DNA from: Candidatus Aenigmatarchaeota archaeon | GTDB lineage: Archaea > Aenigmatarchaeota > Aenigmatarchaeia > QMZP01 > QMZT01 | Direction: 5' to 3' | DNA: 64,000 nucleotides | Assembly (NCBI GenBank): GCA_041489155.1 | Contig: JBGPQP010000001.1 | Coordinates: 87,824-151,823 of the forward strand | Part shown: positions 48,805 to 59,308 of the stretch, piece by piece | Numbering within the stretch: the first letter of the stretch is position 1 | Layout of the letters: every line of letters begins with the position of its first letter | The notes under the pieces: model-generated | What the model was told of the DNA's origin: nothing | What the model saw: only the letters and a program-made list of their open reading frames with translations | The model's database searches: none | Position numbers and translations under genes: made by a program

Positions 48805-50079
48805 ATGAAATTGAACGACATAAAAAAAAGGAAGACAAAAATCTGCGTCGTGGGAATCGGTCAGGTTGGTTTAAGGGTTTGTGGCCTCTTTGCCAGTTCA
48901 AAATTCCATACGGTTGCCTATGACATCGACAAGGCCAAGATTGAAAAAATAAATGCCGGAAAATCGCCTATTGATGATAACGGCCTCGGAAAAATAATAC
49001 CGGAGGCAAAAAAGAAAGGTTTTCTAGAAGGCACAACTGACCCGTCAAAAGCGAAGGATTGCGATTTCGTGATAATATGCGTCAATACCCCTGTCAGAGA
49101 CAATCAACCCGATCTCGTTCCTCTCGAATCAGCTGTCAATACCATCGCTAGACATATGAAGAAAAATTCGATAATGGTGGTCGAGAGCAGCATATACCCG
49201 GGAGTCATAGACAATGTGGTCAGAAGGATACTTGATAAACACAATTTAACAGTTGGAAAAGACATAGGACTTGCCCACTGTCCCGAAAGGATAGACCCGG
49301 GTAACATGAAATACAAGATTGAGAAAATACCAAGAGTTTTGGCCGGGAGCGACAAGAAAACAACCGAACTGGTAAAGAAGCTTTACCAGGAAGTTCTTAA
49401 GGCCGATGTGCATGTGGTATCGAACATCAAAACAGCGGAAATGATAAAACTGGTTGAAAACACTTTTCGCGATGTTAACATAGCTCTTGTCAATGAACTC
49501 GCAAAGGTGACGGACGGCACGGAAATAAGAATGAAGGAAGTAATAGATGGCGCTTCGACGAAACCATTTGCCTTCGTGCCTCATTACCCGGGACCTGGTG
49601 TAGGGGGAGAATGCATACCAGTTGACCCTTACTGGCTTATAGCGTATGCAAGGGCGTTGGGCAGGGACGTAAGGCTTGTTGAAACCGCAAGAGAAATCAA
49701 TGACAGGATGCCCTATTTTATAGTAAAAAAGATCTTGGACGCAGGCTTTTCAAAAATACTGGTTCTGGGCCTCACGTACAAGCCTCATGTAAAGGATCTG
49801 AAAAACACACCTGCCATGCCTATTATAGATGAGCTTAAAAAAAACAGGTGCAGAGTTTCGGCTTACGACCCCCTTTTAACGAGAGATGAAATTAAAAACA
49901 CATTCAAGGTTGATGCCGGCAGCTTTAATGAAAACTATGACTGCGTGCTGGTACTTAACAACGACGAGAAGTTTTTAAGGATATTAAAAAATGTTAAAAC
50001 AAAAGTCATTTTCGACACCAAGAATTTCCTTAAAAGAGGAGATTTGAATAAAAATATAAAATATTGGTCTTTGGGATGA
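48805..50079 (+). CDS. UDP-N-acetylhexosamine 6-dehydrogenase (WecC/TviB family)
   Basis: GIGQVG, CVNTP, ESSIYPG, PERIDPG, KLVENTFRDVN, GVGGECIPVDP. Confidence 0.9.
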   Translation: MKLNDIKKRKTKICVVGIGQVGLRVCGLFASSKFHTVAYDIDKAKIEKINAGKSPIDDNGLGKIIPEAKKKGFLEGTTDPSKAKDCDFVIICVNTPVRDNQPDLVPLESAVNTIARHMKKNSIMVVESSIYPGVIDNVVRRILDKHNLTVGKDIGLAHCPERIDPGNMKYKIEKIPRVLAGSDKKTTELVKKLYQEVLKADVHVVSNIKTAEMIKLVENTFRDVNIALVNELAKVTDGTEIRMKEVIDGASTKPFAFVPHYPGPGVGGECIPVDPYWLIAYARALGRDVRLVETAREINDRMPYFIVKKILDAGFSKILVLGLTYKPHVKDLKNTPAMPIIDELKKNRCRVSAYDPLLTRDEIKNTFKVDAGSFNENYDCVLVLNNDEKFLRILKNVKTKVIFDTKNFLKRGDLNKNIKYWSLG

Positions 50080-51020
50080 AACGCACTGTACTAGTCACGG
50101 GAGGAGCGGGGTTCATAGGCTCGCACCTATGTGAAAAACTTCTGCAAAAAGGAAACCGTGTCATAGCCCTTGACAATTTTCTCACAGGGAAGATGGCCAA
50201 CATAAACCATCTGACCAGAAACAAGGAATTTGAAATAGTCAAATGCGATATTCTCGAAAGGAAAAATCTTGAAAAAATTTTCGAAAATCACATCGATACG
50301 GTTTTTCATGAAGCCGCGGTAGTGGGCGTGAAAAGAACCATAGAGAATCCAAAGCTCGTGCTAGAAGCCAACATATCTGGAACCAAAAACATTCTCGACT
50401 GCGCAAAGAACTCTGGTTGCAAGAGGATGGTTTTTGCATCTTCCTCGGAGGTTTACGGCGATCCGATTAAAATACCGGAAAGGGAGGATGGCCTTCTTAA
50501 CCCCAAACTCCCTTACGCCGTAAGCAAGCTCACGGGAGAACAATATTGCAGGGCTTATTTCGAGGAGTTCGGCCTTAAGACGACCTCCCTGCGTTACTTT
50601 AATGTTTATGGCCCTCGTCAGAATTCGACGCCATACGGTTTCGTAGTCGGAATTTTCATAAAAAGGGTTCTGGAAGGAAAGCCTCCGATAATTTTTGGTG
50701 ACGGAAAACAAACAAGAGATTTCACCTACATAGAAGATTGCATTGATGCAACGCTTATTGCTTCCCAAAGCAACAAAGCTGTCGGCGAGGTCATGAACAT
50801 AGGCACCGGAAGAATGATAAGCATAAAAGATCTGGCCTTCATGGTAATCGACATATCTGGAAACGACCTGAAACCCAAGTTCGCGCCGAAAAGAGAATTT
50901 GAAATAATGCACAGACTTGCGGACAACACAAAAATGAAAAAATTGCTTGGTTTCTCGCCTGGATACAGTTTGAAAAGCGGCCTTGAAAAAACAATTGAGT
51001 GGTACAAAAACAATTGCTAG
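50076..51020 (+). CDS. UDP-sugar 4-epimerase family SDR
   Basis: TGGAGFIG, SSSEVYG, YAVSK, YFNVYGP, QTRDF. Confidence 0.88.
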   Translation: MKRTVLVTGGAGFIGSHLCEKLLQKGNRVIALDNFLTGKMANINHLTRNKEFEIVKCDILERKNLEKIFENHIDTVFHEAAVVGVKRTIENPKLVLEANISGTKNILDCAKNSGCKRMVFASSSEVYGDPIKIPEREDGLLNPKLPYAVSKLTGEQYCRAYFEEFGLKTTSLRYFNVYGPRQNSTPYGFVVGIFIKRVLEGKPPIIFGDGKQTRDFTYIEDCIDATLIASQSNKAVGEVMNIGTGRMISIKDLAFMVIDISGNDLKPKFAPKREFEIMHRLADNTKMKKLLGFSPGYSLKSGLEKTIEWYKNNC

Positions 51021-51032
51021 AAAAAAATTTTA

Positions 51033-52229
51033 TCAATTAAAACCTTTTGACAACCTTTTGTAGACATTCAGGTATTTTTCACCCTGCTTGTCCCAGCCAA
51101 TTTCATTTGCTGTTTTTATGCAGTTTTTGGACATTTTTCTCATCATGGTTTCATCATTCAAAAGATATTCTATTGCCCCCCTGTAGCTTTCTGGATTAAG
51201 GCCATCCAGAGCAAAGCCGTTTTTGCCATCCTTTACAATTTCAGACGCGCCGCAGTTTTTGCTTATTATTACAGGTGTTCCGCATGCCATAGCTTCTGCA
51301 ATCACGATTCCAAACGCATCGTATCTTGAAGGCAGAATAAAGAAGTCTGCGGCATTGTAAAGAAGGTTCAGTTTTTCAGGCAAAGCTCCACCCAAGAACT
51401 TGACGTTTTTTACCTTTTCAAATACGTTTAGGCCGCCCCAATCTTTCCAACCAACTGCTAACAGTTCAACATCTCCCATGTTTTTGACAGCGTCAACCGC
51501 TATGTCTAGGCCTTTTATAACAGGCACAACCCCTACCCAAAGTCCATATTTTTTGTTTTTTTTAAGGCCGAGCAAAGATTTGGCCTTATCCTTTTCAATC
51601 GGATTAAAAACCTCCCTGTTCACGCCGTTGTAAATGACTTCTACTTTCTTTCGCTCCACCCCGTAAAGTTCCACAATTTCTCTTTTAACTTTATCCGAGC
51701 AAGCGACTATCAGGTCAGATTTTTTTGCAGATATCAGGTCGGCCATATAGCGCGTATTGCTGAAGAAATATTTTTTGAAATATTTTTCATAAATATATGC
51801 CGCATTACTTTTAAAAAATCCCACATGACGGTATTTTATACCAGCTTCCCTGAAATCGAGCTTATAAGTTATGTAGGCATTGCCCTGAAAAGTTGTCAAG
51901 AAAGGTGCTTTACCTTTGTTCATCGCATAACCAAATGCATTGTCAGCATGGCCATGTATTATGCAGTCTTCATTTTTTGGCAGCAATTTTTTAACCTCTC
52001 CGGCAGCCTTGAAGTTGTACAGAAATTTGTTTATAAATGGATGTCTTGTCTGCTTCAAAGAAATTATTTTCCCGATTTCGGTGGTTTTTTCATAAGATTT
52101 TTTATCATAACATATGTTTGTGACATCATGCCCAGTTCTCTGCAAAAAGGCACTCAGGTTCATTATTGTGGTCTCCACTCCTCCACAGGGCGGGACTGGC
52201 GCTGCAGCGCCTATCATGTAGATTTTCAT
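51033..52229 (-). CDS. GT4 glycosyltransferase
   Basis: GGVE, IYNGV, PSRYDAFGIVIAEAMACGTP. Confidence 0.88.
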   Translation of the reverse strand: MKIYMIGAAAPVPPCGGVETTIMNLSAFLQRTGHDVTNICYDKKSYEKTTEIGKIISLKQTRHPFINKFLYNFKAAGEVKKLLPKNEDCIIHGHADNAFGYAMNKGKAPFLTTFQGNAYITYKLDFREAGIKYRHVGFFKSNAAYIYEKYFKKYFFSNTRYMADLISAKKSDLIVACSDKVKREIVELYGVERKKVEVIYNGVNREVFNPIEKDKAKSLLGLKKNKKYGLWVGVVPVIKGLDIAVDAVKNMGDVELLAVGWKDWGGLNVFEKVKNVKFLGGALPEKLNLLYNAADFFILPSRYDAFGIVIAEAMACGTPVIISKNCGASEIVKDGKNGFALDGLNPESYRGAIEYLLNDETMMRKMSKNCIKTANEIGWDKQGEKYLNVYKRLSKGFN

Positions 52230-52301
52230 TTTTAACACATTTTTATTAATTTATTCTTAATATCGAATTAATCTTATAAATAAATAATTCAAACTTGTGG
52301 T

Positions 52302-53183
52302 ATGAATATGATAAGGAACCTGTTGATTTCACTGCGGCCTGAACAATGGTACAAAAACTTGGTCATATTTATCGGTATAATCTTTTCGATGAAGCTACTG
52401 GAAACGCAATTATGGCTAAACGCTCTATCGGCGTTCGCAATATTCTGTATGCTTTCAGGTAGCTCATATATAGTAAATGACGTATTCGACGCGGAAAAAG
52501 ACAGGGGTCATCCAAAAAAGAGCAAAAGACCGATAGCTTCGGGAAAACTTAAGACAGGCTACGCATTAGTATTTTCCGTGATTATAATAGTGTTAACCCT
52601 CTTATGGTCTTTGAACATTAATCAGCAATTCTTTTTGACAACTGTAGTTTTTGTGCTCATCAATCTGACCTATTCGCTATGGCTAAAGCATATTGCAATC
52701 GTTGATGTTTTGCTAATTTCAATAAATTTTGTTATAAGGGCGACTGCTGGTTGCTTAGCGGTTTTTGTATCTATTTCTCCATGGATAACGCTGTGCGCCC
52801 TGCTGCTCGCGCTTCTGCTCGCGCTTGGTAAGAGAAGGCATGAAATCACCCTGCTCGGGAAAAACAGCAGGAATCACCGCAAAACTCTTGAGAGATACCC
52901 CAAAGAGATGCTGGAGCAGATGATGAGCATAACCGCTGGTTCGCTCATAGTTTCATATTCGATATTCACCTTTTTCAGCAGGAGTGCATATATGATGGTG
53001 ACTATACCGATTGTGATATATGCTATTTTCAGATACCTTTTCCTAGTGCACTACAAAAGCATCGGTGGAGAGCCGGAGCTCATTTTTAAAGACAGAGGGA
53101 TGATAATAAGCATAATTATTTGGGTGATTTTGTGTATTTACATACTCTACGACATCCAAATGTTTGCTGGCATGATGATATAA
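52302..53183 (+). CDS. UbiA-family polyprenyl-phosphate phosphoribosyltransferase (DPPR synthase-like)
   Basis: RPEQWYKN, NDVFDAEKDRGHPKKSKRPIASG, YSLWLKH...D, KRRHE. Confidence 0.88.
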   Translation: MNMIRNLLISLRPEQWYKNLVIFIGIIFSMKLLETQLWLNALSAFAIFCMLSGSSYIVNDVFDAEKDRGHPKKSKRPIASGKLKTGYALVFSVIIIVLTLLWSLNINQQFFLTTVVFVLINLTYSLWLKHIAIVDVLLISINFVIRATAGCLAVFVSISPWITLCALLLALLLALGKRRHEITLLGKNSRNHRKTLERYPKEMLEQMMSITAGSLIVSYSIFTFFSRSAYMMVTIPIVIYAIFRYLFLVHYKSIGGEPELIFKDRGMIISIIIWVILCIYILYDIQMFAGMMI

Positions 53184-53210
53184 TCATCGTGCTTCTTAAG
53201 GAGAAAACAC

Positions 53211-54203
53211 ATGGCAACAGAAAAGATTTTCGTGACCGGTGCGCCGGGCTGGCTAGGCAATCGTTTTGTGGAAATGCTTACTGAAAAGAAAAGAGACGTA
53301 CGCTGCCTTGTTCTCAAAAACATGGACTACAGCTATCTTAAAAAATTGGGTGCCGAAGCAGTCGAAGGAGACATAACAAGACCAGAAACCCTGAATAACG
53401 TGGCTAGTGACGTCGAAACAGTCTTCCACCTGGCCGGCATAATACATCCGAAGTTGTTTGGAGGCGGTGACTTTTTCAAAATAAACACCCATGGAACGAA
53501 GAACATGCTTGATGCAGCGATAAAGTCCGGCGCAAAGAGATTCGTTTACATAAGCAGCAATTCACCGGTGGGAGTAAATTATGACAGAAATATCCTAATG
53601 AACGAATACACTTTTCCAAAGCCCTACATGAATTACGGCAGGAGCAAACTTCTTGCGGAGAAGGCCGTTAACGAGGCTTTCGTCCAAGGGAAGATAGAGA
53701 CCGTTATAATCAGGCCTTGCTGGTATTACGGACCAGGCCAGCCGAAAAGACAGACCAGGCTGATGAAAATGATAAAAGAAGGCAGAGCTCTCCTGTTCGG
53801 CGATGGCACGAATCTTAGGAGCATGACCTACATAGAAAACCTGTGCGATGCCATGCTGCTGGCAGAGAAAAGCAAAATAGCAAGCGGCGAGACATACTGG
53901 ATTGCCGATGAAAGGCCCTACACGACCATAGAGATATATAATGTGATTGCCAGCCTTCTTGGAGTCGATCTCAGGATAAGGAAAATACCGGGAATGGTTT
54001 CCGACGCCGTGAGAATCGCCGACAGTGCGCTGCAGAAGCTGCACCTTTATCAGCAGGAAATTCACGTAGCCGGCGAAATGAACGTCAACATAGCCTGTAG
54101 CATAGAAAAGGCCAAGAAGGACCTTGGCTACAAGCCAAGAGTCGATCTGAAAGAGGGCATGAAGCGTTCTATAGACTGGGCAAAAAAACAAGGCATGATT
54201 TGA
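53211..54203 (+). CDS. Extended SDR NAD-dependent epimerase/dehydrogenase
   Basis: TGAPGWLG, YGRSK, RPCWYYGP. Confidence 0.85.
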   Translation: MATEKIFVTGAPGWLGNRFVEMLTEKKRDVRCLVLKNMDYSYLKKLGAEAVEGDITRPETLNNVASDVETVFHLAGIIHPKLFGGGDFFKINTHGTKNMLDAAIKSGAKRFVYISSNSPVGVNYDRNILMNEYTFPKPYMNYGRSKLLAEKAVNEAFVQGKIETVIIRPCWYYGPGQPKRQTRLMKMIKEGRALLFGDGTNLRSMTYIENLCDAMLLAEKSKIASGETYWIADERPYTTIEIYNVIASLLGVDLRIRKIPGMVSDAVRIADSALQKLHLYQQEIHVAGEMNVNIACSIEKAKKDLGYKPRVDLKEGMKRSIDWAKKQGMI

Positions 54204-54223
54204 ACATAACAAAGAGGCAAAAG

Positions 54224-55258
54224 ATGACTTCGCTTATAACCGGAGGCTCTGGATTCTTGGGCACCAATCTTGCGGAGAAGCTTCTGGAGAGAGATGAAGA
54301 TGTCGTAATATATGACCTTTTTCAACCCTACCATGAAATTGCAAAAAAGGTAGAATTCATACAGGGCGATGTGCTTGACAAGGCAAAAATAACAGCTGCC
54401 TGCAAGAATACGGATGCAGTTTACCATTTTGCAGCCCTAGTTCCGATATCAAAGGCCGGCGCAAAATTCAAGACGGTAAACGCTGACGGTACGAGAAACG
54501 TTGCCGATGCCTCGCTTAAAAACGGGATCAGAAAGTTCATTCATATGTCTTCCAGCGCAGTTTATTCCCACGAAAACAGGATGCCAATAAATGAGAACTC
54601 TGCCATAAAGCCAGTCGGTGATTACGGCAGAGCAAAATACGAGGCAGAGCTAATTGTACAGGAATTCGGAAAAAGAGGCCTTGATTATACGATAATCAGA
54701 CCAAGAACCATTGTAGGCGAAAAAAGGGCAGGCATATTCCAGATACTTTACGACTGGGTTCATGATGGCAAAACCATATACGTCGTTGGTGACGGAAACA
54801 ATTTGTTCCAGATGGTGAGCGCGTCAGATTTGTGCGATGCCTGCTATGCCGCTTCGAAATCCAAGAAAAGCTCAGGAGAAACAATAAACATAGGAGCTGA
54901 AAAATACGGGACAATGGACCAGCTAATACAAGACCTCATAGAGCATGCGGGCACGGCTTCCAGAATAAAACACTTAAACATGGGTTTTGCCAGATTCTCG
55001 CTTAAGATACTGGACAAACTTCAACTATCGCCCTTAACTGAATTTCATTATACTACGCTAGGAAAGCCATTTTATTTTGACATAACCAAGGCCAAAAAAC
55101 TTCTTGGATGGACATCGAAAGACAGCAATAGTGACATGATAACAAATAGCTACGATTGGTACATCGCTCACAGAGAAGAAGTTGCTTCGGTCAAGGGATC
55201 CGCCCACAGAGGCCCTCCAAAACAAAAGTTCCTGAGCCTGCTCAAAAAAATATCCTGA
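54224..55258 (+). CDS. Extended SDR NAD-dependent epimerase/dehydrogenase
   Basis: TGGSGFLG, SSSAVY, YGRAK, RPRTI. Confidence 0.85.
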   Translation: MTSLITGGSGFLGTNLAEKLLERDEDVVIYDLFQPYHEIAKKVEFIQGDVLDKAKITAACKNTDAVYHFAALVPISKAGAKFKTVNADGTRNVADASLKNGIRKFIHMSSSAVYSHENRMPINENSAIKPVGDYGRAKYEAELIVQEFGKRGLDYTIIRPRTIVGEKRAGIFQILYDWVHDGKTIYVVGDGNNLFQMVSASDLCDACYAASKSKKSSGETINIGAEKYGTMDQLIQDLIEHAGTASRIKHLNMGFARFSLKILDKLQLSPLTEFHYTTLGKPFYFDITKAKKLLGWTSKDSNSDMITNSYDWYIAHREEVASVKGSAHRGPPKQKFLSLLKKIS

Positions 55259-55271
55259 ACATGGTGTTTAA

Positions 55272-55649
55272 ATGGCGAGTAAAAATTTTCTGAATTATTT
55301 TTTAATTGCATCGTTCTGTAGTCTCATAGATTTGGCAGTGCTTTACATCCTAACAGATATCGCGGGTTTTTTTTATTTGTTGTCTGCCACATTCAGTTTT
55401 ATCGCAGCACAGATTTTGAACTATTATCTAAACAAGACATTAAATTTTAATGACAGCAGTAAAAAAACATCAAAGCAGCTGACCATTTTCGTTCTGGTAA
55501 ATACAATAGGTCTATGTATAAGCTTACTCATTCTCGCCTTTTTGGTAGAGGTATTGGATGTATGGTATATTTTTGCGAAAATAGTCTCGATGCTCCTAGC
55601 CTTTAATTTTAACTATTACATCCACAAAAATTATACCTTTGCACCGTAG
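55272..55649 (+). CDS. GtrA family lipid-linked sugar translocase
   Basis: 125 aa, 4 TM helices, D...NYYLNK..F...NY..HK.YTF pattern. Confidence 0.85.
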   Translation: MASKNFLNYFLIASFCSLIDLAVLYILTDIAGFFYLLSATFSFIAAQILNYYLNKTLNFNDSSKKTSKQLTIFVLVNTIGLCISLLILAFLVEVLDVWYIFAKIVSMLLAFNFNYYIHKNYTFAP

Positions 55650-55690
55650 TTTAGGTATCGCTTTTATTATGCCACATCGAACAAGCAAAA

Positions 55691-56626
55691 TTATACTTTA
55701 ACCTCAGTCCAATAATAAATGAAAAAAAGAGGGAATAACAAATCCCTTAGAAAACAAAAAAAGGTGAATAACAAACCTTCAATTATATTGAACTTTTTTC
55801 TCCGTAAACTAACAAAATATCGAAAAATAAAAATAACTAAAATGAACAGCAAGAACAGAAAGTATTGTTCAAATAAGAAAGAAATTATTATGGATAAAGT
55901 AATAAACCATGTAAAGAATGATTGCTTTACCGAACCTCTACAAATAAAACCAAAATGCTTTTTGTAAAGTTTTGAGTATTTCTTATAAAGGCGTACATCA
56001 TTTTTTACAAAAAATAATTCTTTTAAAATTGAAATTGGTTTGCGTCTGATGGTGATATGTTTTACTTTTACATTTTTATCGAAAATAATTTTTTTGTTTT
56101 TTTTAATAAACCTAAATGCTAGATCCGAATCTTCACGGAAGTAATTATAATTTTCATCAAACCCACCAATCTTTTCAAATTCGTCTTTTTTGTAAGCCAT
56201 ATCTGAGGTCATATATTTTCCACCATCGAGATTGACTATGGAATGATCAAATGGTTTTTCGATATTACCTACTGTAATACCTTCAACTGCAGAAGTATCT
56301 GGATTTCTTTCAAATGCCTTATTAATTTTTTTAAGCCAGTCCCTTTCAGGAATACAATCATCATCAGTAAAGGCAAGTATTGTTCCATTAGCCCTTTTTG
56401 CTCCGAAATTTCTTTTTTTATCCGCACCGATTGAGTATAGCCTAAAAAATTTAACATTCATAGCACTAGATGGTGATGACTGGAACTCCTCTGTTTTAGT
56501 ATCACTTACTACTATTACCTCATATTTTGATTTGGGATAATCTTGTTTTTCAAGTTCTTTAAGTAAATCAGTTATTAAATTATTTCTTCTGTGAGTAGGG
56601 ATAATAACACTGATAAATTCTTGCAT
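55691..56626 (-). CDS. GT2 glycosyltransferase with C-terminal TM helices
   Basis: SVIIPT, FTDDDC, GGFDE, REDSDL; AT-rich. Confidence 0.87.
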   Translation of the reverse strand: MQEFISVIIPTHRRNNLITDLLKELEKQDYPKSKYEVIVVSDTKTEEFQSSPSSAMNVKFFRLYSIGADKKRNFGAKRANGTILAFTDDDCIPERDWLKKINKAFERNPDTSAVEGITVGNIEKPFDHSIVNLDGGKYMTSDMAYKKDEFEKIGGFDENYNYFREDSDLAFRFIKKNKKIIFDKNVKVKHITIRRKPISILKELFFVKNDVRLYKKYSKLYKKHFGFICRGSVKQSFFTWFITLSIIISFLFEQYFLFLLFILVIFIFRYFVSLRRKKFNIIEGLLFTFFCFLRDLLFPLFFIYYWTEVKV

Positions 56627-56637
56627 CTATCAAAACC

Positions 56638-57198
56638 TTATATATTAAACATTTTCCTCTCAACTAAATCGCAAACTATGTGCAACGCGGTAATGTGAGC
56701 CTCTTGTATCCTTGGGGTTTGTTTCGATTGGATTTTCAGGCACAAATCAGTTTTTGTGGCTATGCCATCCTTGCCGGTAAGTGCTATGATCTTGAGCCTC
56801 ATTTTCCTGGCCTTTTCTACCGCCTTTATCACGTTTTTTGATTTGCCGCTGGTGCTTAACGCTATTAGCACGTCGTTTTTTCTTCCGAGTGCTTCAACCT
56901 GTTTCTCAAAAACGTGTTCAAAGCCGTAATCATTTGATACAGATGTCAAAATCGACATGTCATTTGTCAGTGAAATTGCCGGAAGGGGTCTGCGGTTCAT
57001 CATGAATTTGTTCATGAATTCCGCAGCAATGTGCTGGCTGTCGGTTGCGCTGCCTCCGTTGCCGCAAAGCATTATCTTGTTGCCTCTCTTGAAACAGTCG
57101 ATGATCATGTCTGCCATTTTTTCTATTATAATGAAATCCTTTAGCAGACGCTTTTTAGCGTCAATGCTTTCGTTGATGGACTTTTCAATTAAGTTCAT
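56638..57198 (-). CDS. gmhA: Phosphoheptose isomerase (canonical type)
   Basis: CGNGGS, QHIAAEF, SND, STSGKS, IQEAH. Confidence 0.9.
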   Translation of the reverse strand: MNLIEKSINESIDAKKRLLKDFIIIEKMADMIIDCFKRGNKIMLCGNGGSATDSQHIAAEFMNKFMMNRRPLPAISLTNDMSILTSVSNDYGFEHVFEKQVEALGRKNDVLIALSTSGKSKNVIKAVEKARKMRLKIIALTGKDGIATKTDLCLKIQSKQTPRIQEAHITALHIVCDLVERKMFNI

Positions 57199-57202
57199 GG
57201 CA

Positions 57203-58192
57203 TCACCTGTGTTTACTTTCGGAATAGAATTTAAATGGTATCTCCTTTGCTCCCAGCTTCCTGACTGCTTTCATCACGTCTTTCTTATTTTTGCAAATAA
57301 AGAAGGCACAGCCTCCGGCGCCAGCGCCAACAAACCTCCCTCCAAACGCCCCGGCTTCCATTGCAGCTTCGTAAATTTTGTCGGTGACGGAGTTGGAGAT
57401 ACATGAAGCAAGCTGCCTTTTCATTTCCCAATCTCTGGAAACAAGCGAGCCGAAATCTTCTATTCTGCCTGCTTCCAGCGTCTTTTTCACCGAAAGCACG
57501 TTATCAATTTTTGCGCGAAGTATGTCAATTCTCAAACTGCTCTTTTTTTTTAGCTCGTCATGGACCTCGTGCCCGGTCTTCCTTCTTTTCACATAAATCA
57601 GTAGCGTCTTTTTTTCAAGCTCTTTCATGGTTTTCTCGTTTATTCTGAGCGGGTGAACCTTGACCGTGCCCGGGAGAAATTCCATGTAATTGATGCCTGT
57701 GAAAGCAGCAGCCCACTGGTCCTGGTAGCCGCCGCTTTGTTTGATTACATTCCTCTCGATATGATATGCAAGTTTTGCAACGGCATCCGGCGATCTTTTT
57801 AGGCCGTTGAATTTGTCGAACGCCTTTATCAGCGCGACCGTGTGCGACGCTGACCCGCCTAAGCCGCTTTCCAGCGGGGCTTCCGTGCTGGTCGTGACCT
57901 CTATTCCTGTATTGCCATAATGTTTCGCGACAGCCTTCATGAGGTTAAGCTCTCTGGTGCCGTAATGGATTTCACGGAGCGAACTGAAGACAAGCCTGTG
58001 CCTTGTTTCCTTTGATGTCAGGACTATCTTGCTGTCATTCCTTTTGCGTATTTCGCAGCGTGCAAAAAGATTTATAGTAGCATTTATGCAGTTGCCCGCG
58101 CCAAGAAGTTTTATGTAATAATCGGTGTCGCCGCCGTTTGCAAAGCTGAGCCTCGTCGGCGCCTTCTCCTTTATAGTTAGCGCTTTTTTCAT
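57203..58192 (-). CDS. GHMP sugar kinase, HddA-like (divergent second copy)
   Basis: PTRLSFANGGDTD, PLESGLGGS, GGYQDQW, GAGAGG. Confidence 0.82.
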   Translation of the reverse strand: MKKALTIKEKAPTRLSFANGGDTDYYIKLLGAGNCINATINLFARCEIRKRNDSKIVLTSKETRHRLVFSSLREIHYGTRELNLMKAVAKHYGNTGIEVTTSTEAPLESGLGGSASHTVALIKAFDKFNGLKRSPDAVAKLAYHIERNVIKQSGGYQDQWAAAFTGINYMEFLPGTVKVHPLRINEKTMKELEKKTLLIYVKRRKTGHEVHDELKKKSSLRIDILRAKIDNVLSVKKTLEAGRIEDFGSLVSRDWEMKRQLASCISNSVTDKIYEAAMEAGAFGGRFVGAGAGGCAFFICKNKKDVMKAVRKLGAKEIPFKFYSESKHR

Positions 58193-58216
58193 AATTTTCT
58201 AATTTAGGGCAATTCT

Positions 58217-59308
58217 TTATAAAGCATCTTTGTATATCTGCAGAATCTTCTTTATGTTGCGCTCCCAGGAATATTGCTGACTGCTTTTGCGGGCGTTTTT
58301 GGATAGGGCAGAAAGGTTATTTTTACTCGTTTTTACGATGAGATTTGCTACCTCTTCCGGCCTTGAAAAATCTGCAAGATAACCGTTATGGCCGTTTTTT
58401 ATAAGATTGCGGAAGGCTTCTATGTCATTCGCTATTACCGGCACGCCTGATGCCATGGCCTCAAGAACCGATATGCCGAAGCTTTCGTAATCAGACGAGG
58501 CGACGAAGAATTCGCATGTCCGGAGCATGGACAGCTTTTTTTTATCCGTTACCCGCCTCAAGAAGAAGACATTTTTTTCAACGCCGAGTTTTCTGGCATA
58601 CATTTTCAAACCTTTTTGGAGGCCTTCTATATCCTCTCCGGCGACATAAAGTTTTATCCCGGGTATGCTCCTTTTTATTTTAGCCACTGCATTTATCAGA
58701 AGATCGATCCTCTTGTTTTTGGCTATTCTGCCGACGTGCAGAAGCGTGTTTTTTTTAGGATTCCTTTTAAGTTTTGAATAGGTTCCTATGTTCACTGAAT
58801 CAGGCACCAATTCGATATTGGGCATACCTGAAAATATTTTGTAGTCCACCTTTCCGGTCGCCACGATTTTGTCTGCTTTTTTGAGGATTTTTTTTGACCA
58901 TTTCAGGTAGAAATTTTTAAGCTGCCGCATGTCCTTCGTGTGGAAGAAACCGCCATGCGTAGTCAGTATCACAGGCTTCCTGTGGATTTTTTTGGTTAGC
59001 AGAAAAATGTCAGAGAAAAAGCCTATTGTATGAACGTTTATGATGTCATATTCTTTTATCATCTTTAGCATTTTAGGTGGAAGGGATATCTTGTAGTATT
59101 TCATGTCAAGATATGGAATCCTAGTTATGCCTATGTCTTTGTAGACTTCCGAGTGTTTTAATTTTTTCCTTGATTTGGCGCATGTATCCAAACAAAGAAC
59201 GTCGCTTTGATGGCCGAGTTTAACAAGATGAGTGCAAAGGTCTAAAAGATGCGTTTCAAGGCCGCCCACGCATGGGTAAAAATGATGGCAGATATGCAGT
59301 ATTTTCAT
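58217..59308 (-). CDS. GT4 glycosyltransferase
   Basis: GGLE, HGGFFHT, GRIAKNK, ESFGISVLEAMASG. Confidence 0.9.
   Translation of the reverse strand: MKILHICHHFYPCVGGLETHLLDLCTHLVKLGHQSDVLCLDTCAKSRKKLKHSEVYKDIGITRIPYLDMKYYKISLPPKMLKMIKEYDIINVHTIGFFSDIFLLTKKIHRKPVILTTHGGFFHTKDMRQLKNFYLKWSKKILKKADKIVATGKVDYKIFSGMPNIELVPDSVNIGTYSKLKRNPKKNTLLHVGRIAKNKRIDLLINAVAKIKRSIPGIKLYVAGEDIEGLQKGLKMYARKLGVEKNVFFLRRVTDKKKLSMLRTCEFFVASSDYESFGISVLEAMASGVPVIANDIEAFRNLIKNGHNGYLADFSRPEEVANLIVKTSKNNLSALSKNARKSSQQYSWERNIKKILQIYKDAL

Noticed and set aside
52803..52826. 12-bp direct repeat CTGCTCGCGCTT x2
   Set aside because: In-frame LLAL repeat within a TM helix.
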